This document shows, piece after piece, positions 40,417 to 49,635 of a stretch of 64,000 nucleotides of DNA. The position numbers and the translations under genes were made by a program. Position 1 is the first letter of the stretch. Every line of letters starts with the position of its first letter. The notes beneath the pieces are model-generated. The model was not told the origin of the DNA. It worked only from the letters and a program-made list of their open reading frames with translations, and ran no database searches. Origin of the DNA: an uncultured Acidobacteriota bacterium (lineage in GTDB: Bacteria > Acidobacteriota > Terriglobia > Acidiferrales > UBA7541); assembly GCA_963828935.1 (NCBI GenBank), contig CAWHGP010000005.1, positions 359,100 through 423,099 of the forward strand, in the 5' to 3' direction.

Positions 40417-41340
40417 CTATTTGTCCGCCGTCACATTATCAAGTAGCTTCTTGTACTCCGGTATCGCCGATGGGGAGCAAAATGATTCCCCCACGTCGAA
40501 GTCGTCCGGCAAACGATGGAGGACGAACTTGTTTAAGGCCTGCCAAGGCTGCTTATAGTATTCGGGGTCGTCAATGGTGAGCGTGAGCTCCAAAGTGTCA
40601 GAATCCACGCGGTGGTATCGTTCCTCCACTCGCATATTGGCGGTGTGTGGACGGCCAGCATTATCAAGCCAAGTCCTCTCATCCATCCCATCCGTCTGGA
40701 CCACAAAAGTGTAATCGTCCACCCAGCGGCCCACTGAATACCCGTTCCACCTCGGTTCGGCACCACTTTTAACATCCGGAAGCGCTCGGCCATCGGTCCA
40801 GATGACGCGCCAAGCGTAAAAAGGTTGATACACGGCAATCACCTGGTTCGCCGTCTGTTCGAACTCGACTACTCTAAATTGGGAAAGGGCCATTCGGGGA
40901 AACCCCACTGGGTCACAGATGCCTACCGGATCATTTTGCTGGCCGGGGCGAACTCCTCTGGCTCCTGCTGCCGGTTTATTGGCTTTAAGCGCTGCCAGCC
41001 CCGCAGGCGTGTACGTTAAGGGACGCGCAACATTCCTCTCGTCCGCTTGTCCTCCGAGTTCACCCACCGGGTGACCCGGTACCAGTGCCGGGTGCTCCAG
41101 CGCCCCCGTTGCCTGGGCTCCCCCCTCGGCTTCCCCATTCCAAAATCCCGACAAATCACGGCGTGGAGCGGGACCCTTCGTGATCCCAGCGTACGCGGCC
41201 TTCTGCGGTGGGGCATCATCCCACGGTGGCATGGCCTTGGCTTCCGCGCCTTTGGCCGGCGCGGTTTGTGCGCCCAGAAAGGGCAAGAAGCCTGATAGTG
41301 CAACTAGTACTACCGCCGAGACTAAAAAGCGCCTTGGCAT
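40417..41340 (-). CDS. A-type exported protein (A4)
   Basis: GGGGAG box before the ATG at 41340. MPRRFLVSAVVLVALSGFLPFLGAQ, GPAPRRDLSGFW, CDPVGFPR, WTDGRALP, GYSVGRWVDDYTFVVQTDG, EERYHRVD, DDPEYYKQPW, FCSPSA. Confidence 0.8.
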   Translation of the reverse strand: MPRRFLVSAVVLVALSGFLPFLGAQTAPAKGAEAKAMPPWDDAPPQKAAYAGITKGPAPRRDLSGFWNGEAEGGAQATGALEHPALVPGHPVGELGGQADERNVARPLTYTPAGLAALKANKPAAGARGVRPGQQNDPVGICDPVGFPRMALSQFRVVEFEQTANQVIAVYQPFYAWRVIWTDGRALPDVKSGAEPRWNGYSVGRWVDDYTFVVQTDGMDERTWLDNAGRPHTANMRVEERYHRVDSDTLELTLTIDDPEYYKQPWQALNKFVLHRLPDDFDVGESFCSPSAIPEYKKLLDNVTADK

Positions 41341-41457
41341 TTCCAACTCCCCTGACAACTTAATCGATCCAGCTCTTCGGATTCGGCCCCGTGGTCTTTC
41401 GCGTAGAATCGTATTCCGCCGTGAGGAATGGTGAGCCCATGCTCCAGCATCAGAATT

Positions 41458-42496
41458 CTAGTTTTCACTGACCCGTTCCTTCCCCGCTTGTGCTCCAGAT
41501 TTGAGGCTGTGGTACGCTGCCTCGATGAACACATCCGTGGTCCACTTCCCACCCGGGTTCCCATATCGCGCATCGTAATCAAGCGTCGGCCGCGCCGCCT
41601 TCACCTGCTCCAGCGTCATCCCTCTTTTGATCATATCCTGAATGCGGTCGCGGATGATGGCAACCATGTTGCGATAGTACACCACGTCGGCGAAGCCCGC
41701 GATACGGCCATGCCCCGGGATTACCAACGTGCCGCCTTGCTCGTACGCGCTCGGAACGGCGACCTCGAGCAGTCGATTCAGGCTATCCAGGATCGCCTGG
41801 AGACTTCCGCCGGCTTTCAGGTCGATGAGCGGATACTCAGCAAGATCAAGCAAATCCCCCGCTAGCGATCACATCGGACTTGCGGAAAAAGACGACGCTG
41901 TTGCCGTCCGTATTCGCGGGCATATGCATGATCACCACGGCTTCACCATTAAAGTAGAGCCTCTTTTCCGGCGAGGAATACGTGTTGTCTGGCCAGTCGG
42001 CTTTCCGGTCGCGCGGGCGATTTGCTATTCGCCCCGATCATCCTGTCATACACGCGGAGATACGAGATCACCGAAGCCCGGTGCGTATCGAGCGAATTCT
42101 GGACCTTGGCGGCGTCGCCTACGTCAAACGGAATGATTTCGCCGGTTGCAGCGATTTTGGCATTGCCTCCCGTATGATCTTCACTATCCGTCGTGTCGAC
42201 AATGTACCTGAGGCTCTGCTTGGAGATCGTGGCGATGGCCGCCAGTACCTTATCGCTCATAGCGGCCGTTCCCGTGTCCACCAAGAGGATGCCATCTTCG
42301 CCCGCCTGCACGGTGATATTGCCGCCTGCCCCGATCAGCACCCACACATTGCCCTGGACCGGAAGAATTTGAATTTCCCCGGGGGCGGGCCCCTTCAGTT
42401 TCGGCGCCCACATGCCGGTTTTGGACTGCGAATAAAGGTGCTCGGTCCCAGCAAAGTGAGACACGCCACGAGCGCGAACATTTGCCATCGCCTCAT
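41458..42496 (-). pseudogene. Decayed paralogue of the MBL-fold gene (MBL-prime)
   Basis: ORFs 41949..42527 and 41458..41853 are colinear with 47690..48727 (WAPKLKGPAPGEIQILPVQGNVWVLIGAGGNITVQAGEDGILLVDTGTAAMSDKVLAAIATISKQSLRYIVDTTDSEDHTGGN ... VIPGHGRIAGFADVVYYRNMVAIIRDRIQDMIKRGMTLEQVKAARPTLDYDARYGNPGG). There are frameshifts in the leader and mid-gene. Confidence 0.8.
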
Positions 42497-43408
42497 GGCT
42501 GCGCTTCCTCGGTTGCCGGAGCGGCAACCTTCGGAGGCCGAGGCATGGATTTCATTTTCTTGATGTACTCCGGATACATCGTTTCCGCTCCTCCAAGTCT
42601 CGGCTCATAGGGCGTTCCGAACTGATCGGTCAAATCCTTGTTCAGCGCGGGCAAGGACTCTTTCCGGGAAGGAAGTTCGGAACCGCGCCCCGCGGGACGG
42701 GGCTATCAGCTCGCCTCTTCGCATGGGTACGGGGGCATCTGCATCGTCGGATCGTCGACCCACATCATGCTGCTTCGGATGTAGGGTTCGGTCATATAGA
42801 CCGGATCGTAAAGAATGGACGTGGCTTGCAAATAGCTGCCCCAAGCGGCGCCAGCGTGTGCGTACCGTTGCTCGGTCGCTCCGCATGAGTCCGTCGCGCC
42901 GCTCGTATGACTCCTTGAGGTGCGTCGTGGTCACGACCAAAGTGTCGCCGTCCCATTCGCCGGTCGAAAATCCGCTCCAGGTGTGCACGGCGTTCTCGGG
43001 AGGATGCGGGCGGCCATCCATCCAGATCGTCTCCTCCTGCTCCTCCATGATTGACGTGGCCATGGTAAGCGATGATCTTCTGCGTGATGTGGATCGGCGT
43101 CGGCCCAGAACCGGATTGGAGCGAACGCGGACCCTCCAGCGAATAGTCCCAAGCGTGCGGCCGGCAACTCAACTCTGTGGTGTCGAAGTCCTCCGGAGAC
43201 CAACTCGCACTCTCGCCCGATCGCCGTCCGTCACTGGAATCCCGGCGATATCCCTAACCATTCCGCTTCCATCTTGTTTGCGTGGAAGCGGACGCCACGA
43301 ACCTTGTAGGTCGACTTGAGCCAGCGCTGGAGCCCCTAGCGTTAACAGGAACACAAAGAGTGACGCCCAGCGATTCCTCAGCACCCGAGGGATTCGCACG
43401 GAGTACAC
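42493..43408 (-). pseudogene. Decayed paralogue of the C-type gene (C-prime)
   Basis: Pieces QVDLQGSWRPLPRKQDGSGMVRDIAGIPVTDGDRARV / EEQEETIWMDGRPHPPENAVHTWSGFSTGEWDGDTLVVTTTHLKESYERRDGLMRSDRATVRTRWRR in several frames. It retains the ATGA stop/start overlap with MBL-prime (42493-42496). Confidence 0.8.
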
Positions 43409-43680
43409 AATGAACCTCCAGCGGGACTTCTGATTTCAATTATTTCTGCGCGCGGAAGCATATACCGGCGGTAATCCAGGGTCAACTACTCCTCACAATG
43501 GGGCGACAAGCGGGCGCAGCAAACGCGGGAGCGACTGCCACGGCCAGACTCAAACAAAAGAATGTCACGACTGCCACGGGCGCCTATCAAGCTCAGCTCA
43601 CACATGCCAATGAACAGACCGCGCAACAAATGGCAAATGCCGTTGAAAGCGCCAAGGCCGCACGTTCACGCGTCTCGTTT

Positions 43681-44141
43681 CCAGGGGTGGCCTACTTGCC
43701 GACCATCAGAAGTACAAATGAGCCCGGCAGCATGGGGCCACGGGGCGGGCCCGCTGGTCGTGCCGGTGCCCCAGGCGGAGCCGGAGTCGAACTCAGCCGA
43801 CATCAGCAAGATGTGGTTCGTCTTCCGGTCAATCGTCAGCGTCTTAGCAACGGGCATGGTCTGTCAGGTTCTGTTCTACCTCGAAGCTGGTGGGGCTGTT
43901 TTCCTTAATCACCGTGAGCGTGCCATCGCTCTGCGAGCTGAATGCTTCCATCGTTGCGGGGTTGAATACGGCGCCATCCGTGCCAGTACCAATGGGCAGG
44001 GTGGTGATGATCTTGCCGTCGTTAGCATTGAGAATCACCATCGTTTGGGGGTTGCGGCAGGCGACGAACAGAACCTGGCTCTTCGCATTGAGTGCCAGCC
44101 CGGCGCACGTGCCACCTTTGCCGACGAGATCGTACGTGGCA
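43681..44141 (-). pseudogene. Duplicated fragment of the 3-prime half of the YncE-like gene
   Basis: Nearly colinear with 26351..26818, including the stop codon and ~20 nt of 3-prime flank. It has scattered substitutions and small indels. Confidence 0.85.
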
Positions 44142-44402
44142 CGGTTAAGGACTCGTCAGGCGCTGTGACTCCGAATGCAACTGTCACGGCCATTAGTGTC
44201 GACACTGGCCAAGTACGAACCACGATTAAAGGAGCGGACGGCGCATACAAGTTTGGTTGCTGCCGCCAAGCAACTTCCAGGTGAAGGTTGAGGTAGCTGG
44301 ATTTGGCCGCGCTGAGGTTCCGTCCGCAACGGTTAGCGTGACCTAGACGGCGGTGTTAGATGTTGCCATGAAGGTGGGCACGCAAACGCAGTCGGTCACA
44401 GT
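44138..44402 (+). pseudogene. Fragment of a TBDR N-terminal (CarboxypepD_reg) domain
   Basis: GTVKDSSGAVTPNATVTAISVDTGQVRTTIKGADGAYKF..., then a frameshift, a TAG at 44344-44346 where TBDR1 has Glu (VTETAV), and an end at ...TQTQSVTV where the IS3 copy begins. Confidence 0.8.
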
Positions 44403-45461
44403 TGACCTGACCGGCTTGAATTAGTCCAGCGGGAGTGAGAGAAAATCACTCTAAAGGAGAGCTGGACATGCCGATGAAGAGATACAAGCCGGAGCAGATC
44501 GTGAATCTACTGCGGCAGATCGAAGTGGAAATCGCGAACGGAAAAACCACACCGCAAGCCTGCAAGGAAGCTGAGATCACCAGCAGACCTACTACCGCTG
44601 GAGAAAAGAATTCGGCGGCCTAAAGCTGGATCAAGCCAAACGAATGAAGGAACTGGAGCGGGAGAACGCGAAGCTGAAGCGTTTGGTAGCAGAGCTGTCT
44701 TTGGAGAAGCAGATCCTGAAGGATGTGGCATCGGGAAACTTCTAAGCCCTGAGCGGCGGCGTTGTGCGGTGGAGCATGCGCGCGAAAAGTACGAAGTGAG
44801 CGAGCGGCATGCCTGTCGGCTGCTGGGGCAGTGGCGAAGGACACAACGCTATGCCGCGATCCAGAGGATCGACGAGGATGCCTTGACCGAAGCGATTATT
44901 GCACTGGCCAGTGAATATGGGCGCTACGGCTACCGGAGGATCACTGTGGAGTTGCGTAAAGCGGGCTGGCAGGTGGGCAAGGATCGGGTGCAGCGCATCT
45001 GGCGGCGGGAGGGGCTGAAGGTGCCGCAGAAGCAGAAGCCAAGAGGGCGGCTATGGTTCAACGATGGATCATGCGTGCGGCTGCGGCCAGAGCGGGCTAA
45101 CCACGTTTGGGCCTATGATTTCGTGAGCGCGATGACGCACGACGGGCGGACGCTGCGCCTGCTGGTGCTGATCGACGAATACACACGGGAATGCCTGGCG
45201 ATTCGAGTGGCCCGGCGGTTGGGGAGTTACGAGGTAATCGAGACGTTGGCAGATGTGATGGTATGGCGAGGGATCCCGGAGCACATTCGGTCTGACAACG
45301 GCCCCGAGTTCGTGGCCAAAGAACTGCGGAAGTGGCTGGGGAAGATCGGAACGGGCACGCTGTACATCGAGCCCGGGCAGTCCCTGGGAGAACGGCTACT
45401 GCGAGAGCTTTAACGGAAAGCTGCGGGATGAGTGCCTGAACGGGGAGATCTTTTACTCGCT
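44403..45461 (+). mobile_element. Second IS3-family element, copy B: left end present, orfA and orfB frameshifted, 3-prime end truncated
   Basis: TGACCTGACCGGCTTGAATTAGTCCAGCGGGAG start. orfA loses frame after KEAEIT (1-bp loss relative to copies A and C). orfB 44769..45413 loses frame near 45385. Homology to copy C stops after NGEIFYSL. Confidence 0.85.
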
Positions 45462-45681
45462 GGACCGAGATTCTCTTGAGAAGCTGCACGTTCTTGCTAA
45501 CTCCGCCTTATCGGCGACGCTTCCTTGGCCGGATCCGGGAGCCGAAGCCTGCCCGTTGGCCAACCCCAACACCAACCACACAACTGAGTACGGTTCCGAT
45601 TGCGACAGCCGCAATCCTTCTAAAGCGTCATCCCTCCTCCGATCTTCATGGAACCGGACTGAGCCTTTGCCGACGGGCTCT

Positions 45682-46281
45682 TCAGCGCTCCAGCGCGCCT
45701 ACGTAAATACTGGTGCCGAGAATATGTCCGTCAATAGCCTTCTTCACGTCAGCTTCCGTGGCCCCTCCGGGAACGTTCAACGGTTGATCAAGCGCGTACA
45801 ACGTAAACAAGTAGTGCAGCCGGCCTACGCCAGCAGGTGCACACGGTCCGCGATAGCCCACGATCCCCCGCCCTCCTGTAGCCTGACGGCTGCCATCGGG
45901 CAGTTCGGGCCCCAGCTTCACGCCTTGCGAAAGCTGTGATGCACCCGGTGGGATGTTCCAAATCGCCCAAAACATCTCCATGTCGATGCCCTTGTTCGGA
46001 TGATTGTCCGGACCGTTCAAGATCAGCGCGAAGCTAGCGGTTCCCTTGGGCGCGTTGGCCCAGGAAAACGGCGGAGACATCGCGTTTTCCGGTGGGGATT
46101 GTGCGTTACCGCCATTGTTGTAGCATGTGAACGTCAATGGCAAGTTTGCGCCATCGGCAAAGCCCGAGCTCGTTAGTCGGAGTCGCAGTGCCGGTGGCTC
46201 AGACACCGCGCGTTGCTGTGCCGCTGTCGACAGGGCACTGGAGGCGAACAGCATTACCACACACATGTATCGTGCGTTCAT
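45682..46281 (-). CDS. Exported PEBP/YbhB-family (Raf-kinase-inhibitor-like) protein
   Basis: Likely start is the ATG at 46281 (MNARYMCVVMLFASSALSTAAQQ). Motifs: PFSWANAPKGTASFALILNGPD..., GYRGPCAPAGVGRLHYLFTLYALD, GHILGTS. Confidence 0.75.
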   Translation of the reverse strand: MNARYMCVVMLFASSALSTAAQQRAVSEPPALRLRLTSSGFADGANLPLTFTCYNNGGNAQSPPENAMSPPFSWANAPKGTASFALILNGPDNHPNKGIDMEMFWAIWNIPPGASQLSQGVKLGPELPDGSRQATGGRGIVGYRGPCAPAGVGRLHYLFTLYALDQPLNVPGGATEADVKKAIDGHILGTSIYVGALER

Positions 46282-46469
46282 TCGTCTTTCCTCTCTCCGA
46301 TTAGTGACGGCTGAACCAACAGCATACCCTCTGAAACTCACTTCAAAGGTGCTTTCGTCCTCGAGTGAGGGCAGCCGATAAGGTTGATGCAATTTGAGAG
46401 CTGCGCGGAACTAATGTCCTAAACCATCCGGAACAAAGATCTCTTGTGGCCGAAAAAAATTCTACCGCT

Positions 46470-47273
46470 TCAACGGACTTGGTCAGCGCGGCAGGGCGTA
46501 GGATCCCAGCCTTGGCCATCGGGAATCTTCTTAAAGTGGTTGGTAGTAGCATAGGGACCGGCCAGGTACTGCGAGTCCGTAATGATCGAACTAACTACTA
46601 GCCAGGAATTGCCGTCCGGCTCAGTAAAGGTATCGAAATATTCCTGCAGCGTGGCATTGGCGCTGTACGGTACACCGTTCTTCCGCAGGTAACCCGCTTT
46701 CATCTTCGTCGTAGTTGCCCCTAGATCCTTAGCGGGGCCCGGCAACCTTCCCCCACGCCCCATCGGCGCCCCCGCCCAAAAAGCCACCGAATAACCCTGC
46801 CAATCCGGCTGCGCCGCCGCCACCGCCTGTTGCGCCGCTGCCCCGTTTAGAAAATGAAGCAGCCGCTTCTGGGTCCCCGAGTCTGTGTCGATTTGCAAAG
46901 TATTATCATCGGCCCAATGAATGTGGAGCCGTCCCGGCACTCGCATAATCGCCGCCGCCCCGTACGCTCGGCACTCGTTCCCTGCGTCCTGGGCTGGAGT
47001 CCACATCCCCGCCAGCTGCCGCGCCTCCGCGTTCAATGGCAGCATCGAAAAATCACCCTTCGGCGGCATGAGCATTCGCAAATGCCAATGTTCAGTCACC
47101 GCTGACACCCAATACCCAGTGAAATCCTTCGGCGCGGAGGCTCGCGCCGTAGCGGCTGGCGCCGCTCCCCCGCGTCCACCTTGCTCCTGGGCCTTGGCCT
47201 CATCAGCCACCCCCAAACTAAGCGCCAGCACGGCAACAAATAGAAACAACACCGGTTTCCTCGTGCTTTTCAC
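46470..47273 (-). CDS. F-type exported protein (distant A/C relative), uncharacterised
   Basis: Signal peptide. APKDFTGYW, ECRAYGAAAIMRVPGRLHI, WQGYSVAFW, YLRKNGVPYSANATLQEYF, QYLAGPY, PTPC. Confidence 0.7.
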   Translation of the reverse strand: MKSTRKPVLFLFVAVLALSLGVADEAKAQEQGGRGGAAPAATARASAPKDFTGYWVSAVTEHWHLRMLMPPKGDFSMLPLNAEARQLAGMWTPAQDAGNECRAYGAAAIMRVPGRLHIHWADDNTLQIDTDSGTQKRLLHFLNGAAAQQAVAAAQPDWQGYSVAFWAGAPMGRGGRLPGPAKDLGATTTKMKAGYLRKNGVPYSANATLQEYFDTFTEPDGNSWLVVSSIITDSQYLAGPYATTNHFKKIPDGQGWDPTPCRADQVR

Positions 47274-47306
47274 ATTCGCCTCGGCAAACTATCTGAAGTG
47301 TCTTAC

Positions 47307-47693
47307 TTACTGTACTCTTCCCTTCCACTCCCATCCGTCGCTCGGCCGCTTGATGCTTCCGATCAGCATCCGACGGGCAGCCCCGTCCCGCGCCGGTGAA
47401 CCCTGCACCTCAACATAGTCGCCCGGCTTCAGTGTTGTCCTGGTGATCGAATCCTTTGACAACTGACTTACCGAGCCCCACTCCAGCGCCCACGACGTTG
47501 TTGCTCCATCTGGCCCCTTTACATCGATCCTCATAAATGAATGCGGATTACGCCAAACCAATTCTGTGACAACCCCAGCTGTCTCGGTCTTTTTTGTGGA
47601 ATCATACTCCGCCGTGAATGAGTGGTGGGCCAAGGCGCGCCCCGCTCCACCCAGCATCATGACCGTTACCAACATCAGGATTCTGCTTTTCAT
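47307..47693 (-). CDS. B-type small exported protein (B4), DUF6152-like
   Basis: Signal ...GRALA followed by HHSFTAEYD. Also WRNPH, KPGD. Its start overlaps the MBL stop (ATGA at 47690-47693). Confidence 0.8.
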   Translation of the reverse strand: MKSRILMLVTVMMLGGAGRALAHHSFTAEYDSTKKTETAGVVTELVWRNPHSFMRIDVKGPDGATTSWALEWGSVSQLSKDSITRTTLKPGDYVEVQGSPARDGAARRMLIGSIKRPSDGWEWKGRVQ

Positions 47694-48727
47694 TGCCCCG
47701 TCTCCTTTGCGGCTTGTGTTCCAGATTTGAGGCTCCGGTAAGCTGCCTCAGTGAACTTGTCGGCGGTCCACGATCCGCCTGGATTTCCGTACCGCGCATC
47801 ATAATCAAGGGTGGGCCGCGCTGCCTTCACTTGCTCCAGAGTCATGCCCCGTTTGATCATGTCCTGAATGCGGTCCCGAATGATCACCACCATATCGCGA
47901 TAATACACCACCTCGGCGTGATCCGATATACGCCCGTGCCCCGGAATCACCATCGTGCCGCCTTCCGCATTGGCCCGAGGCACGGTTATTTCAATCAGCT
48001 GACTCAGGCTGACCACCACCTGCTGGATGCTTCCCCCAGCCTGCAGGTCGATTAGCGGATATTCGGTAAGATCGAGCAAGTCCCCGGTGCTCACCACATC
48101 CGATTTGCGAAATACTACGATGCTGTTACTGTCCGTGTTTCCGGGCATATGTATGATCATTACAGGTTCATCATTAAAATACAGTCTCTTCTGTGGCGTG
48201 GTATAAGTATCGTCAGGCCATGAGCCGTCGTCTCGCTTCGCCGTAACCATCCGGTTATACACGCCCAAAAATGAAATTATCGCCGCCCGGTGCGTGTCCA
48301 GCGCCCCTTGCGGACCAGCCGTGTAATCCGGTTCCCGGAACGGTATGATCTCACCGGTTGGCGCGATCTTCGCGTTCCCTCCAGTATGATCTTCCCGGTC
48401 GGTGGTGTTGATAATGTACCGAAGCGGCCGTTTGGAGATGCTGGCTATGGCAGCAAGCACCTTGCCAGTCATGGCCGCCGTTCCCGTATCCACCAGAATT
48501 ACGCCCTGGTCGCCCGCCTGCACCGTGATATTCGCCCCCGCGCCGATCAATACGCTCACGTTGCCCTGGACCGGCAGGATTTCTAGTTCCCCCGGCGCTG
48601 GTCCACTCAATTTCGGTGCCCAAATGGCCTGCTGGGCCTGACCCGACTGACCGGCCTGTGAATATAGTGCCACCGTCCCCAGCAAAGCTACACCCACGAA
48701 AACGGCCAGCATGCACCAACGCTTCAT
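47690..48727 (-). CDS. Exported MBL-fold protein with a degenerate metal-binding motif
   Basis: Signal peptide. The beta-lactamase-fold N-half is ILPVQGNVSVLIGAGANITVQAGDQGVILVDTG...YIINTTDREDHTGGN, where HxHxDH is replaced by TDREDH (48386-48406). Later, VIPGHGRI. Confidence 0.75.
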   Translation of the reverse strand: MKRWCMLAVFVGVALLGTVALYSQAGQSGQAQQAIWAPKLSGPAPGELEILPVQGNVSVLIGAGANITVQAGDQGVILVDTGTAAMTGKVLAAIASISKRPLRYIINTTDREDHTGGNAKIAPTGEIIPFREPDYTAGPQGALDTHRAAIISFLGVYNRMVTAKRDDGSWPDDTYTTPQKRLYFNDEPVMIIHMPGNTDSNSIVVFRKSDVVSTGDLLDLTEYPLIDLQAGGSIQQVVVSLSQLIEITVPRANAEGGTMVIPGHGRISDHAEVVYYRDMVVIIRDRIQDMIKRGMTLEQVKAARPTLDYDARYGNPGGSWTADKFTEAAYRSLKSGTQAAKETGQ

Positions 48728-49635
48728 GGCCCCCCCTCCGTAACTCCCGTGGCCACCTTCGGCGGCCGGGGCATCGCTTTCATCTTCCCGATATATTCCG
48801 GGTACATGGTCGCTGCTCCCCCCAATCGCGGCTCATAGGGGGTGCCAAAACGATCAGTCAGCTCTTTGTCCAACGCCGGCAGGGCACTCTTTCCAGGAAG
48901 AAAGTGTGGCACCGTACCGCGCGGTATGGCAGTCTCGGTGGCCTCTTCGCACGGATACGGATCCATGCGCATGTTGGGATCACTGACCCACATCATGGTG
49001 CTCCGGATATAAGGCTCGGTCATATACACTGGATCGTAAAGAATCGATGTGGCCTGCAAATAGTCCCCCATCCGCCGCCAGCGCGTGCGGATCGTGGCCC
49101 GATCGCTGTGCATCAGTCCGTCGCGGCGGATGTAAGTCTCCTTCAGGTGTGTTGTGGTCACCACCAAAGTATCGCCGTCCCATTCTCCCGTGGAAAATCC
49201 GCTCCAAGTATGCAATGCGGCATCTGGCGGATGTGGGCGGCCATCCATCCAAATCGTGATCTCTTGCTCTTCTTGATTGATATGCCCATGGTAAGCGATC
49301 AACTTCTGTGTGGCCTGATCGATCTCCGCCCAAAACCGAATCGGCGACAGCGGGCCTTCCAAGGAATAGTCCCAAGAGTGCGGCCGACAGGCCCACTCCG
49401 TCACGTCAAAATTCTCCGGCGACCAGGTTGCCACCCTTAAACGGTCCCCATCGGTTACCGGTATCCCCGCGATGTCTCCAACCATCCCGCTGCCATCCTG
49501 GTTGCGCGGCAGCGGTCTCCACAAACCCATAATGTCGGCCTGAGCGAAGGCCGGGTAACTCCATAGTGCCGCCAGCAAGACCAAAAACGCGCCGCTGCCT
49601 TGCTTCGCAATCCAGCGCAGTCGCCCTGCATACAT
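48724..49635 (-). CDS. C-type exported protein (distant A relative), uncharacterised
   Basis: GAGGAG box before the ATG at 49635. Signal ...LWSYPAFAQ. DIMGLWRPLP, WACRPHSWDY, IWMDGRPHPP, WSGFSTGEWDGDTLVVTTTHLKETYIRRDGLMHSD, YDPVYMTEPY, DPYPCEE. Its stop overlaps the MBL start (ATGA). Confidence 0.75.
   Translation of the reverse strand: MYAGRLRWIAKQGSGAFLVLLAALWSYPAFAQADIMGLWRPLPRNQDGSGMVGDIAGIPVTDGDRLRVATWSPENFDVTEWACRPHSWDYSLEGPLSPIRFWAEIDQATQKLIAYHGHINQEEQEITIWMDGRPHPPDAALHTWSGFSTGEWDGDTLVVTTTHLKETYIRRDGLMHSDRATIRTRWRRMGDYLQATSILYDPVYMTEPYIRSTMMWVSDPNMRMDPYPCEEATETAIPRGTVPHFLPGKSALPALDKELTDRFGTPYEPRLGGAATMYPEYIGKMKAMPRPPKVATGVTEGGP

Noticed and set aside
43498-43680. The N-terminal part of ORF 43498..43908 (MGRQAGAANAGATATARLKQKNVTTATGAYQAQLTHANEQTAQQMANAVESAKAA), considered as a possible small Ala/Gln-rich protein.
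   Set aside because: The ORF runs straight into the antisense of the duplicated propeller fragment, so its length is accidental. It has no RBS and is low-complexity.
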